Below are positions 10,400 to 20,755 of a stretch of 64,000 nucleotides of DNA, piece after piece (position 1 is the first letter of the stretch; every line of letters starts with the position of its first letter). The position numbers and the translations under genes were made by a program. The notes beneath the pieces are model-generated. The model did no database searches, was not told the DNA's origin, and saw nothing but the letters and a program-made list of their open reading frames with translations. The DNA comes from an uncultured Actinomycetota bacterium (lineage in GTDB: Bacteria > Actinomycetota > Actinomycetes > Propionibacteriales > Nocardioidaceae): contig CAWIAY010000002.1 in the NCBI GenBank assembly GCA_963834315.1, positions 4,730 through 68,729 of the forward strand, read 5' to 3'.

Positions 10400-11818
10400 T
10401 CAGATGAAGACGTTGAGGAACGATGCCAGCGCCAGCACGGCGAGGGCGCGGGCCAGCACGACCCCCCGGAAGGTCCACCCCGCCAGCGCGATGAAACCGG
10501 CCAGGAATCCATACCCGTAGCGAGGCGGAAGGGCGAAGTAGAGGTTGTTGCCGTAGAGGTTCGCGGCGGTGAGGACCACGGGGCCGACGACGGCCATCAC
10601 AAGCATCCCCCACGCCAGCGCACTTGCCTCCACGTTGCGTCGGAGGGCCACCACGCCGGCGAGCACCGCGAAGCTCAGCACCCCCACCATCAGTCCTTCC
10701 ATCCGCACGTTGACCACGCTCTCCAGGAACGACGCGTTGAAGTTGCCGACGTTGGGCGTGAAGAAGTTGAAGAACAGCTGCGCCTTGATCTGCAGCCACG
10801 GGACGACCGCCGGGGGCATCGCGTCGGCGGCGGCGGCGACCTCGGGTGGCAGCGGGCGCAGCACCCAGGCAAGTGACAGGACCACGAACACCGCGCCCAC
10901 GACTGCTGCGAGGGACAGTCCCCGCAGCCACCCGCGCGCCCGACCCGCCGCGCCGCTCGCGGAGATCGCGCGGATCAGGAGGACGGTCATCGCCACGCCC
11001 ACTGCCGTGATGGCCGTCAGCTTCGTCACTGCGGCGAGAGCCACCACGAGGACGAGCCAGCCCGTGGCACGGCGGCTGCCGTCGTGGGCGGCCGCGGCCA
11101 GCATGACGAGCCCGCCCATGACCGCGGTGGCCGTGTCCGGGCCGACCGTTGCCGCCGACGTGACCGCGTCGCTGGAGGTGCCCACCAGGACGGCCGCAGA
11201 CGCGGCGGCGACCCTGCCCGCGCCGATCCGGCGACCGAGCGCGTAGCCCACGCCCATCAGACCCGCGAGCCACAGGATCCCGACACCGCGGACCAGCGTC
11301 ACCAACGGGATGTCGATGACGTAGGCGATCGGCCGGGTGAGCGCCGCCGTGACGAAGTAGTAGAGCGGCGCGGTGGATCCCGCGGTCGACTTCCCACCGC
11401 CCGGGAACGCGTTCGGATCGAAGCGGTCGCTGCGGCACGGAGGCCAGGGGTACTGAGCCAGACCCTGGTCGAACAGGTCCTCGGGGTAGCCGCGGCAGGC
11501 GGTCATCCTGAGGCTGTCCTGGGACAACGTGTCAACACCCGTGGGAATGTCCGGGAGGATGCGGATGTAGTCGAAGTGGGCATTCTCGTCGATGGGCGAG
11601 AGGTACGGGTACTTGAACATGTGCCAGCCCACGACCGCAGCGGCGACGACGAGGAAGAGGGCGGCGGGGGCCAGGATGCGAACGGGCGGGAGCCACGACG
11701 ACAGGGCCCGACGACGCCCCGAGACGGGGGCTCCTCCGCGCCCGCCGCCTGTCTTCTCCTGCTCACGTGTCTCAGCGATTTCTCTCACTGGCCCTCTCAC
11801 GAACGCTTCACCGACCAC
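10400..11818 (-). CDS. Polytopic membrane protein, probable GT-C-fold glycosyltransferase
   Basis: About 11 hydrophobic segments; acidic SPIDENAHFDY motif in the first extracytoplasmic loop; C-terminal PPRYGY. Confidence 0.55.
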   Translation of the reverse strand: MVGEAFVRGPVREIAETREQEKTGGGRGGAPVSGRRRALSSWLPPVRILAPAALFLVVAAAVVGWHMFKYPYLSPIDENAHFDYIRILPDIPTGVDTLSQDSLRMTACRGYPEDLFDQGLAQYPWPPCRSDRFDPNAFPGGGKSTAGSTAPLYYFVTAALTRPIAYVIDIPLVTLVRGVGILWLAGLMGVGYALGRRIGAGRVAAASAAVLVGTSSDAVTSAATVGPDTATAVMGGLVMLAAAAHDGSRRATGWLVLVVALAAVTKLTAITAVGVAMTVLLIRAISASGAAGRARGWLRGLSLAAVVGAVFVVLSLAWVLRPLPPEVAAAADAMPPAVVPWLQIKAQLFFNFFTPNVGNFNASFLESVVNVRMEGLMVGVLSFAVLAGVVALRRNVEASALAWGMLVMAVVGPVVLTAANLYGNNLYFALPPRYGYGFLAGFIALAGWTFRGVVLARALAVLALASFLNVFI

Positions 11819-11861
11819 GCGATGCTAGTAGGGCGCTGCCCGCGCAGCGCACCCGGTCGCG

Positions 11862-12635
11862 TCACCGGTTGCGTTCGAAGGCGAGCTCGAGGCCGCGCAG
11901 CGTGAGCCAGGGTTGGTGGTCGGTGAAGCTCGTGCACTCCTCGATCACCAGCGGGGCGAGGCCACCGGTCGCGACGACGTGGGCCTCCCCCGGCTGCAGA
12001 GCGAGCTCGGCGAGCATCCGGGCGACGAGGCCGTCGACCTGGCTCGCGAAGCCGTAGAGGATCCCGGACTGCAACGCCTCGACGGTGTTCTTCGCGATGA
12101 CCGACCGAGGTCGGAGCAGCTCGACCTTGCGCAGCTGCGCACCGCGACGACCCAGCGCCTCGAGGGAGATGTCGATGCCGGGCGAGATCGCGCCACCGAC
12201 GTACTCACCCTTCGCGCTGATCACGTCGAAGGTGGTGGCCGTGCCGAAGTCGACGACGATGGTGGGTCCGTCGAAGAGCTGCGCCGCGGCGAGGGCGTTG
12301 ACGATGCGGTCGGCGCCCACCTCGCGAGGGTTGTCCATGAGCACCGGGACACCGGTCCGCACGCCCGGCTCGATGACGACGTGCGGGACGTCGCCGTGGT
12401 AGGTGCGCAGCATCTCGCGCCACTCGTGCAGCACGGCGGGCACGGTGGCGCACACCGCGACGCCCGCGGGGCGCTCCGGAGAGCTCGCGTGTTCGAGCAG
12501 CCCGCGCACCAGAAGACCCCACTCGTCGGCCGTGCGGCGCTCATCGGTGGCAACGCGCCAGTGCTCGAGCACGTCACCCTCGTGGAGAAGCCCCATGGTG
12601 GTGTGGCTGTTGCCGATGTCGGCACAGAGCAGCAT
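11862..12635 (-). CDS. coaX: Type III pantothenate kinase
   Basis: LCADIGNSHT, VGADRIVN, VVDFGTATT, GGAISPG, VVATGG. Confidence 0.95.
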   Translation of the reverse strand: MLLCADIGNSHTTMGLLHEGDVLEHWRVATDERRTADEWGLLVRGLLEHASSPERPAGVAVCATVPAVLHEWREMLRTYHGDVPHVVIEPGVRTGVPVLMDNPREVGADRIVNALAAAQLFDGPTIVVDFGTATTFDVISAKGEYVGGAISPGIDISLEALGRRGAQLRKVELLRPRSVIAKNTVEALQSGILYGFASQVDGLVARMLAELALQPGEAHVVATGGLAPLVIEECTSFTDHQPWLTLRGLELAFERNR

Positions 12636-13546
12636 CACGCGGCTCCAGGTCCGCGCAGGTCCATGGCGATGTCGAGCACGGGCGCACTGTGGGTCAGGGC
12701 TCCCACGGCGAGGAAGTCCACCCCGGTGGCCGCGACCTCACGGGCGCGGGCGAGGTCGAGCCCCCCGGACGCCTCCAACCTGGCCCGACCGGCGGTCAGG
12801 CGCGCGGCCTCGGTCATCTGCTCGGTGGACATGTTGTCGAGGAGGATCTGGTCGCAGCCCACGTCCAGCAACTCCCGCAGCTGGTCGAGGGAGGTCACCT
12901 CGACCTGGACGGGCACGTCGGGGGAGCGAGTCCTGACGGCCTCGTAGGCAGCGACCACCCCGCCTGCGGCGAGGACGTGGTTGTCCTTGACCAGGGCTTG
13001 GTCCGACAGCGTGGCGCGATGGTTGACTCCGCCCCCGCAGCGGACGGCGTACTTCTCCAGGCCCCTGAACCCTGGAGTCGTCTTGCGGGTGTCCCGGACC
13101 CGGGCGCCGGTGCCCTCGAGAGCCGACACCCACCGGGCCGTGGTCGTCGACACCCCGGAGAGGTGACAGAGGTAGTTCAGGGCCGTGCGCTCAGCCGTCA
13201 GCAACCGGGCCGTCGGTCCAGTGACACTCGCGATCAGATCACCCCGCACGACGTGCCGTCCGTCGGAGACGTGCCGGCTGGTCTCGAGGCCGGTCCCCAC
13301 GACGCACCAGAAGACGAGCTCGGCGACATCGAGTCCGGCCACCACGCCGTCCGCGCGCGCGACCAGGTCGGCGGTGGAGACCTCATGCGGATCGATCGTC
13401 GCCGCGCTGGTCACATCCTCCCCCGGCTGGTCCTCCTCGAGCGCGCGCACGACCGCTTCGTAGACGCTGCGCGGATCGAGACCAGCGGAGCCGAGTCGGT
13501 CCAGGAGCTGTCGCGGGACGTCGGCGTAGTCGGTGCAGGCGATCAC
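12635..13546 (-). CDS. nadC: Quinolinate phosphoribosyltransferase
   Basis: EDQPGEDVTS, LTAERTALN, DTRKTTPG, GGGVNHR, KDNH, ILLDNM, LEASGG, VGALTHSAP.LD. Confidence 0.96.
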   Translation of the reverse strand: MIACTDYADVPRQLLDRLGSAGLDPRSVYEAVVRALEEDQPGEDVTSAATIDPHEVSTADLVARADGVVAGLDVAELVFWCVVGTGLETSRHVSDGRHVVRGDLIASVTGPTARLLTAERTALNYLCHLSGVSTTTARWVSALEGTGARVRDTRKTTPGFRGLEKYAVRCGGGVNHRATLSDQALVKDNHVLAAGGVVAAYEAVRTRSPDVPVQVEVTSLDQLRELLDVGCDQILLDNMSTEQMTEAARLTAGRARLEASGGLDLARAREVAATGVDFLAVGALTHSAPVLDIAMDLRGPGAA

Positions 13547-15180
13547 GCAGTGCCTCCGTCGTGAGTGGTCGAGGTGTCGTAGGTGAGGACTCCGTCCTCC
13601 AGCCGGACATCGATGTGCCGGGACCAGCGCGCGTCGTCACGACCGGCGAAGTCGTCTCGCCAGTGAGAGCCGCGTGTCTCCTCACGCAACCCCGCGGCCC
13701 CCATCAACGCCGCACTGACCGTCAACAGGTTGGTGGTCTCCCACGCTTCGACGCCGGGCTGGCCGCTGGGACGGGCCGCACATCGTGAGAGCTCCTTGTC
13801 CCCGACGTCCATGCCCTCGCGGGAGCGCAGCACGCCGGCGCGCTCGGTCATCACGTCCTGGAGCTCGCGGCGAACCGCGCTCGACGTCAGACCGACGCCA
13901 CGGGAGTCCGTGACCGGCTCTCGACGAGGAGGAAGCCCCTCGCGCAGCCGCAGCGCGATACGACGAGAGAAGACGAGGCCCTCCAGCAACGAGTTCGAAG
14001 CCAACCGGTTGGCGCCGTGGACCCCGGAGCACGCGACCTCACCGCAGGCGAAGAGCCCAGGTAGCGAGGACTGACCGGACAGGTCGGTGGCAACGCCTCC
14101 CGACGCGTAGTGACAGGCGGGTGCCACCGGGATCAGCTCCGTGACCGGGTCGATGCCGTGGCTTCGACACGTGGCGAGAATCGTCGGGAACCGGGCCTGC
14201 CACTTCGCGGCGCCGAAGTGCCGCGCATCCAGCCACAGATGGGGACGACCGGACTCCCGCATCCGGCGCATGATGGCCTTGGCCACCACGTCCCGGGGGG
14301 CCAGGTCGGCCAGCTCGTGCTGGTCCTGCATGAACCGATCGCCGTGGTCGTCGACGAGGAAGGCGCCCTCGCCGCGCACCGCCTCCGAGATCAGCGGCTG
14401 CTGGCCGGTGGAGTCGACGCCCAGCCACATCACCGTGGGGTGGAACTGCACGAACTCGAGATCGCGCAGCACGGCGCCACCACGCAGGGCGAGCGCCATC
14501 CCGTCACCGGTGGCGACCGGGGGGTTGGTCGTGGCCGAGTAGACCTGCCCCAGGCCTCCCGACGCCAGCACCACCGCGCGGCAGTGCACGGCCCCGACCC
14601 CGTCGCGCTGGCCTTCTCCCATCACGTGCAAGGTCACCCCTGCCACCCCGCCACCCTCGCCCGGGATCAGGTCGAGCACGAGGGCGTGCTCCACGACCTC
14701 GATGTCGGGCGCCGCCTGCACCGCCGCCACCAGCGCGCGCTGGATCTCGGCGCCGGTGGCATCGCCGCCCGCATGGGCGATCCGGTCCCGGAGGTGGCCG
14801 CCCTCGCGGGTCAGGGACAGCTCGCCCGCCTCGGTGTGGTCGAAGACGGTGCCGAGCTCGATCAGGCCGCGCACCGCGTCGGGACCTTCGGTCACGAGGG
14901 CGCGTACAGCCTTCTCGTCGCACAGCCCAGCTCCCGCCACGAGGGTGTCGTGGAGATGCTGCTCCGGGGTGTCGCCGGGTCCCAGCGCAGCCGCGATCCC
15001 ACCCTGGGCCCACCGCGTGGACCCGGCGGACAAGATGTCCTTGGTCACGACCATCACCGAGCCGAGCTCGCGCGCCTGGAGTGCTGTGGTGAGACCGGCG
15101 ATCCCGGAGCCGACGACGACGACGTCGGCGTACGTCGTCCAGCCCGGTGGTGGGGCGGACAGGCGCTCGGGGAGGGTCAT
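13543..15180 (-). CDS. nadB: L-aspartate oxidase
   Basis: VVVGSGIAGL FAD motif, STRWAQGGIAA, REGGH, EFVQFHPT, LISEAVRGEG, HYASGG, GVHGANRLASNSLLEG. ATG 15180 lies 6 nt after a TAGATT -10. Confidence 0.96.
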   Translation of the reverse strand: MTLPERLSAPPPGWTTYADVVVVGSGIAGLTTALQARELGSVMVVTKDILSAGSTRWAQGGIAAALGPGDTPEQHLHDTLVAGAGLCDEKAVRALVTEGPDAVRGLIELGTVFDHTEAGELSLTREGGHLRDRIAHAGGDATGAEIQRALVAAVQAAPDIEVVEHALVLDLIPGEGGGVAGVTLHVMGEGQRDGVGAVHCRAVVLASGGLGQVYSATTNPPVATGDGMALALRGGAVLRDLEFVQFHPTVMWLGVDSTGQQPLISEAVRGEGAFLVDDHGDRFMQDQHELADLAPRDVVAKAIMRRMRESGRPHLWLDARHFGAAKWQARFPTILATCRSHGIDPVTELIPVAPACHYASGGVATDLSGQSSLPGLFACGEVACSGVHGANRLASNSLLEGLVFSRRIALRLREGLPPRREPVTDSRGVGLTSSAVRRELQDVMTERAGVLRSREGMDVGDKELSRCAARPSGQPGVEAWETTNLLTVSAALMGAAGLREETRGSHWRDDFAGRDDARWSRHIDVRLEDGVLTYDTSTTHDGGTA

Positions 15181-15214
15181 CACGCGAATCTATCGGCTCG
15201 GCCGCACCCGCAGC

Positions 15215-17233
15215 TCACTGTGGTGTGCCGCGGACGCCGGCGTCCCAGGCAGTCGCGGCTCCGGCGCCGTCCAGACGGAGGCAGCGCAGTCCCGCGAACT
15301 TCCGGGTCCGACCCGCGCCGTCGAGCCACGCCCGCAGGGCGGCATCCTCCTCCAGAGCACACATGAGGGCTACATCGAGGTGGTCCAGCGCGGCCACGAT
15401 GGCCTCGGAGGGTGGCAGCGGCGCGTTCCCGGCGACGAACTCTGTCTGGTAGAGCAGCTGCCGGGCGTCCTGATCGCCCGGCTTCGCCTCCGGGCCGGGC
15501 AGGTAGAACCCGCGGGGAACCAGCGGGAAGTGCTCGGTCGTGTGGATCGGGAGCACTTCCATGTGGACGGGTGGGAGCAGCCACGGCCCGGGGCCGACCT
15601 CGGCACGGTCCAGGGCACGCACGTCCGCGAGAGCTCTCTGGTCGACCTTCCAGGTCGGTCGATCGGTCAGCCGCGCCCCCACGTCGTCGGACCACAGCGG
15701 AGTGCCACTGGTCATGACGATCGTGCCGACGGCAACCGCGACCACGACGGGGGCGAGGCGAATCGCCCTGGTCCGCGCAGGCCACCTGACGGTGACCAAC
15801 AACCCCACCAGGACCCAGGTCGGCACGCCCAGCAGCATCCGCCACAGCACCGGTCCCGCACCGGTCAGGGCGTTCGCGAGCTCGAACACGCCCGGGACGA
15901 GCGCGAGGAGGGCGGCCAGGGACGCGAACGCCACCAGTGCCCGTGCACGCCCACGCACCAGGAACGGTCCGACCACCACGGCGACGAGGCTCAACCCGAC
16001 CATGGCCGGCGCGATCCCGGTCATGTAGCCGAAAGCCACGTCGATCGGCAGCGGCTCCGGCGCCGCTCCGGCGACAGGCACCGGGCTGGCCGCGACGACG
16101 GCCCCGGCGATCACCGGGGCCGCTGCCAGCAGCATGGCGCCGGCGAGCAGCAGCCTGTCCCGGAGCACGATCGCGGCGACGACGGCGGGAGCGGCGATCA
16201 TCGGCACCTGGAGCGTGGCTGTCGACGCCAGCCCGACGAAGCAGACCCCGGCCGCAGCGAGGAGGAGCAGGTGCCGGCGGGTTCGCTGCTGAAGGAGCTC
16301 GGTCACGTAGGCCCAGATCAGCGGTGTGAGCATGATGAACGCCAGTGCCTTGCCCTGCCAGAGCCGCCCGAGCGAGTAGGACCCGACGGTGCTCTCGGCG
16401 CTCATCAGCAGGAAGCTGACGGCGACGAGGAACACGAGCAGGGGCGCACGCGAGGCCCACGCGCGACAGAGCCGCCAGGTGGCCCAGGTCATGGCGAACG
16501 CCAGCACGGGCAGGACCACCAGATAGATCAGCGAGCCCGCACTGATGCCGACCAGGTGCGCCAGACCTCCCCACAGGGACTCCACCGACGACAGCGGAAG
16601 TCCTCCGGCGTAGGCGGACGGCAGCTCCTCCGGACCGTAGAGGGTGTCGCGGAGGGAAGGCACGCCGTGCTCGGCCACCCACAAGGACCGGTTGACGAAG
16701 AAGGTGTCGTCGGCGTCCGGCTTCAGCAGGAAGGAGGCGAGACCGGAGACGGCCAGTCCCACGGCGACGGCGACCAGATCGGACCACCACGACACTCGGC
16801 CTGAGATGACTGCCGGCCGGGTGGCGCCCCTACGCCACGACCGTGCGAGCAGCACCACGATCACCGCGATGGATCCCAGGACCACTCCGGGGAGACCGAT
16901 CCTGGACCGCAACCCGAGCAGGACGATGACCGCCAAGACCGCGACCGTGACCTCGACGACGCCGATGGCGCCCTTCGCGGGCTCATCGGGCATCGCGGCG
17001 GAGGAAGGGCGAGGCTCGCGTCGTAGCGCTGTGACGGCACCCCCCAGAACCGCTGCGACAGCGAGGACCGCCCACACGGCCGCTGCGGTCCAGACCTGCC
17101 AGCGCGCCCAGAGGGCGACTTCGTAGAACAGCGTCCAGGCGGCGAAGGAGAGGACGGCTCCGTCCACCCCGCCGTCGACGGCGACGCCGAGCCGGGACCG
17201 AGGATGCGTGGTCTCCCGAGAAACGTCCAGCAT
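15215..17233 (-). CDS. Large polytopic membrane protein, DUF6077-like, probable GT-C glycosyltransferase
   Basis: More than 12 hydrophobic segments; DADDTFFV acidic motif; RLWQGK motif; soluble C-terminal domain; inserted between panD and nadB. Confidence 0.5.
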   Translation of the reverse strand: MLDVSRETTHPRSRLGVAVDGGVDGAVLSFAAWTLFYEVALWARWQVWTAAAVWAVLAVAAVLGGAVTALRREPRPSSAAMPDEPAKGAIGVVEVTVAVLAVIVLLGLRSRIGLPGVVLGSIAVIVVLLARSWRRGATRPAVISGRVSWWSDLVAVAVGLAVSGLASFLLKPDADDTFFVNRSLWVAEHGVPSLRDTLYGPEELPSAYAGGLPLSSVESLWGGLAHLVGISAGSLIYLVVLPVLAFAMTWATWRLCRAWASRAPLLVFLVAVSFLLMSAESTVGSYSLGRLWQGKALAFIMLTPLIWAYVTELLQQRTRRHLLLLAAAGVCFVGLASTATLQVPMIAAPAVVAAIVLRDRLLLAGAMLLAAAPVIAGAVVAASPVPVAGAAPEPLPIDVAFGYMTGIAPAMVGLSLVAVVVGPFLVRGRARALVAFASLAALLALVPGVFELANALTGAGPVLWRMLLGVPTWVLVGLLVTVRWPARTRAIRLAPVVVAVAVGTIVMTSGTPLWSDDVGARLTDRPTWKVDQRALADVRALDRAEVGPGPWLLPPVHMEVLPIHTTEHFPLVPRGFYLPGPEAKPGDQDARQLLYQTEFVAGNAPLPPSEAIVAALDHLDVALMCALEEDAALRAWLDGAGRTRKFAGLRCLRLDGAGAATAWDAGVRGTPQ

Positions 17234-17301
17234 CCGCGCTTGCTCCCCTGATCGTCTGGTCGCGCTGGGCAGGGGGAACGGTACCGGACCGCGGCGAGGA
17301 C

Positions 17302-17715
17302 CTAGATGACACCGTCGCCGCGGATGAGTCCACTTCCCACCAGGGCCTCAGCCGCGTCGGAACCGGTGTGGACGATGCGATTCGCGGCGTCGACGAACAC
17401 CACGTGCGGCCTGTGCTGACGAGCCTCCACGGTCTCCATCTGGCCGTATCCGATCAGGATCACGAGATCACCCGGGTGGACCAGTCGCGCGGCGGCGCCG
17501 TTGATGCCGATCACCCCGGACCCACGCTGTCCGGCGATCGTGTAGGTCTCCAGACGGGCACCGTTGGTGATGTCGACGATGTGCACCAGCTCACCGGGCA
17601 GCAGGTCTGCCGCGTCGAGCAGGTCCTCATCGACCGTGACCGAGCCGACGTAGTGCAGGTCGGCGTGGGTGACGGTTGCCCGGTGGATCTTGCTGGTCAT
17701 CATCGTGCGCAGCAT
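17302..17715 (-). CDS. panD: Aspartate 1-decarboxylase
   Basis: [22 protein letters not shown] self-cleavage site, [14 protein letters not shown]. Confidence 0.96.
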   Translation of the reverse strand: MLRTMMTSKIHRATVTHADLHYVGSVTVDEDLLDAADLLPGELVHIVDITNGARLETYTIAGQRGSGVIGINGAAARLVHPGDLVILIGYGQMETVEARQHRPHVVFVDAANRIVHTGSDAAEALVGSGLIRGDGVI

Positions 17716-18578
17716 CAGGGTCTCCCGAGGTCGAGGGAACGATTGTCGATGAGTCGGGTGGTCCCGACCCGGGCGGCGACGAGCACGCGGGCCGCGCCGA
17801 CGGCCGGCGCCGGACCCAGATCCGGATCGGTGACCACCAGGTAGTCCGGGTCGAGGCCGGCACGCGCCAGGACCGCGCGCGCGGACTCGAGCGCAGCACC
17901 CGGCCCGTCCGGGGCGCTCGCCACCGCCGCGGCCAGCGCACGCGACAAGGCCAGCGCCGAGGAGCGCTCAGGAGGATCGAGGTAGACGTTGCGCGAGGAG
18001 AGCGCAAGCCCGTCGGCGTCGCGGACGGTCGGGACACCGACGACGTCGACGCCCAGGCAGAGGTCCGCGGCCATCCGCCTGATCAGGACGAGCTGCTGGT
18101 AGTCCTTCTCGCCAAAGACGGCGACGTCGGGTCGCACCAGCCCGAAGAGCTTGGCGACGACCGTCAGGACGCCCCGGAAGTGGGTCGGCCGGGACGCGCC
18201 CTCCAGGATCTCGCCGAGGGGCCCGGGCGCCACCGTGACCTGTGGTTCCCCTCCGGGATACACCTCCGCGGCGTCCGGTGCGAACACGACGTCGACCCCG
18301 TGGTCGGCGCACAGGGCGAGGTCGGTCTCGAACGTGCGGGGGTAGCGCTCCAGGTCCTCGCCTGCCCCGAACTGCAGCGGGTTCACGAAGATCGAGACGA
18401 CCACCCGTCCCTCTGGTGGGAGCCTGCGCCGGGCGTCGGCCATCAGGGCACCATGCCCGTCATGGAGGGCGCCCATGGTCGGCACCAGGCACACCGGAGC
18501 GCGCCGTGCCGGGTCGCCGAGTGCGTCTAGAAGCTGCCCGCGCGTGCCGGAGACGACCGGCATCGGGGCCCCGGTCAC
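17715..18578 (-). CDS. panC: Pantoate--beta-alanine ligase
   Basis: [49 protein letters not shown]. Confidence 0.96.
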   Translation of the reverse strand: MTGAPMPVVSGTRGQLLDALGDPARRAPVCLVPTMGALHDGHGALMADARRRLPPEGRVVVSIFVNPLQFGAGEDLERYPRTFETDLALCADHGVDVVFAPDAAEVYPGGEPQVTVAPGPLGEILEGASRPTHFRGVLTVVAKLFGLVRPDVAVFGEKDYQQLVLIRRMAADLCLGVDVVGVPTVRDADGLALSSRNVYLDPPERSSALALSRALAAAVASAPDGPGAALESARAVLARAGLDPDYLVVTDPDLGPAPAVGAARVLVAARVGTTRLIDNRSLDLGRP

Positions 18579-19505
18579 GCCCCTGGTCCAGGGCCGGCCC
18601 CGGTCCGGACCGAGTCCACGGCCCGGGAGGCCGGCGCCAACGCGTCGTTGAGCACGCCGACGAGCTTGGCTGCTCGGATCGGGAGCAGCCGACCGTCGAC
18701 GACGGCCTGGTTGGCGGTGGCGCGAGCCATGGCGACGTAGGACTCCAGCGTCGCCGGCTGGGTGAGGGCGATGTCGGCGAGGTGCGCCCGCACGGTCTCC
18801 ACGTCACCCCGCACGATCGGACCGGTCAGGGCCGCGCTGCCGTAGGAGAGCGCGTTCTCCAGGGCGGCGGCGAGGAGGGGGCGCAAGGTGGCGGCGGGGT
18901 CGACCGCACCGGAGGCTCGCAGGAGGTCCATCGACTGGGTGACCAGCGTGACGAGGTGGTTGGCGCCGTGCGCCAGTCCCGCGTGGTAGAGCGCACGCCG
19001 GTCCTCCGGGACCCACGCCACCTGGCCGCCGACGTCGCGGACGAGGCGCTCGGCGAGCTCGTGGGTCTGCGGGGCTCGCGGTGACGCCGTAGACGCACCC
19101 TTCGAGGCGAGACAGGTCGATGTCGGTGCCGGTGAACGTCATCGCGGGATGCATCGCCAGCACGTGGGCGCCGAGAGCGGCGGCCGGAGCGAGCACGGAC
19201 AGGCCGTGCTTGCCGGAGGTGTGCACGACGTACTGACCCTCACGGATCGCCCCGCTCGCGGCCAGCATCGATGCGACGTTGCCCAGCATGTCGTCGGGCA
19301 CCGTGAGCAGCAGCAGGTCGCAGGCGCGGGACACAGCAGTGGGCTTCGCGACCGGGACACCCGGGAGCAGGGTCTCGATGCGGGTGCGTGTGGCCGGGGA
19401 CTCGCCCGCCACCGACACGATCTCGTGCCCGGCTTGTCTCAGCGCGGCGGCCAGGACTGCGCCGACACGGCCTGCGCCGACAACCCCGATACGGGTCATG
19501 TTCAT
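18575..19505 (-). pseudogene. Rossmann-like + DUF2520 protein (PanG-like ketopantoate reductase candidate), split by an apparent +1 frameshift at about 19071-19074
   Basis: The N-half (IGVVGAGRVG..VHTSG..HPAMTF) is in ORF 18804..19505. The C-half ([31 protein letters not shown]) is in the frame of ORF 18575..19021. Removing one G from GGGG at 19071-19074 joins them. Confidence 0.8.
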
Positions 19506-19676
19506 CGCCTTTCGTTCCAGTCCCTCTCGGGTACCGGACGGTGTGCAGATGCACCATCGAGACTAGGCCCAAAGTTTCTCCGGCGGTAACCCGGCGAGTG
19601 GTGTCGTGGGTCACAACACCTCGGTGAAGGGACCGTCCGTACCCTGGGACACGTGTCCAGCCCCACGTCTCTCGGC

Positions 19677-20666
19677 ATGCCGCCGGTGCCGCCGCCCACG
19701 TCGGACCCGTCGTGGAAGGCCGCCTGGGATGACGCGTTGTACGGCGCCGGAGGCTTCTTCCGGCGCGAGTCGCCCGCGGCCCACTTCCGGACCTCCGTGC
19801 ACGCCTCTCCCCTGTTCGCGCAGGCGCTGGTCCGACTCGTGCGGGCGTCCGGCCTGGACACGCTCGTCGACATCGGGGCCGGTCGCGGCGAGCTCCTCCG
19901 CGCCGCCCACGCCCTCGACCCCGACCTCGAGCTTCTCGCCGTGGAGGTGGCCTCACGCCCCGCCGACCTGCCACAGTCGATCGGCTGGACGACGGCGCTT
20001 CCGGAGTCCGTCGAAGGCGTCGTCGTGGCCAACGAGTGGCTCGACAACATCCCCTGCCACGTGGTGGAGATGGCCGCGGACGGCATGGCCCGGATGGTGC
20101 ACGTCGACGCCGCCACCGGCAGGGAGTCGCTCGGACACCGCCTCGACCACTCCGCCGTACCCCCCTCTTTGCGCGCGTGGGTCGATCGCTGGTGGCCCCT
20201 CGACCCGACCGAGCCCGGCGCCCGGGCGGAGATCGGGAGCAGCCGGGACGCCGCCTGGGCCGAGGTCGTCAGCCGGGTCTCTCGGGGTCTGGCCGTGGCC
20301 ATCGACTACGGCCACACCCGCGAGGAGCGACCACCGTTCGGTTCGCTCCGCTCCTACCGCGACGGCAAGGAGGTCGAGGTGCTGCCCGACGGGTCCCGCG
20401 ACGTGACCGCACCCGTCGCGGTGGACTCCGTCGCCGAACGCGTCGGGGGGTCGATCACCTCCCAGCGGGACGCCCTGACCCGTCTCGAGGTCTCCGGTGT
20501 GCGTCCCGACCTCGCCCTGGCCAGGAGCGATCCGGCGGGCTACGTGCGGTCCTTGGCGCGCGCCGGCGAAGCGGCGGAGCTGACCTCCGGAGGCGGGCTC
20601 GGGGACTTCTGGTGGGTGGTCTCCGTCGTGGGCGAGATCGACCTGGCGCCCACCGTGCTGGCCTGA
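19677..20666 (+). CDS. SAM-dependent methyltransferase, MidA/NDUFAF7 family
   Basis: WDDALYGAGGFF, HFRTS, VDIGAGRGELL, VVANEWLDNIP, AIDYG, RDVTAPV, GGLGDF. The start could be 19653 or 19677. Confidence 0.85.
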   Translation: MPPVPPPTSDPSWKAAWDDALYGAGGFFRRESPAAHFRTSVHASPLFAQALVRLVRASGLDTLVDIGAGRGELLRAAHALDPDLELLAVEVASRPADLPQSIGWTTALPESVEGVVVANEWLDNIPCHVVEMAADGMARMVHVDAATGRESLGHRLDHSAVPPSLRAWVDRWWPLDPTEPGARAEIGSSRDAAWAEVVSRVSRGLAVAIDYGHTREERPPFGSLRSYRDGKEVEVLPDGSRDVTAPVAVDSVAERVGGSITSQRDALTRLEVSGVRPDLALARSDPAGYVRSLARAGEAAELTSGGGLGDFWWVVSVVGEIDLAPTVLA

Positions 20667-20755
20667 GCGAGGTGCCGTCCCCGCATTCCACGGGCCCCGT
20701 CGGGCCGGGTTAGCATGTCGCGCCGCACGAGTGAGTCGACGGGGGTTTCCAGGTC

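Noticed and set aside
11862-18578. Clustering of CoA and NAD biosynthesis genes without nadA or panB
   Set aside because: This is a conserved actinobacterial arrangement, and the missing genes are usually elsewhere in the genome.
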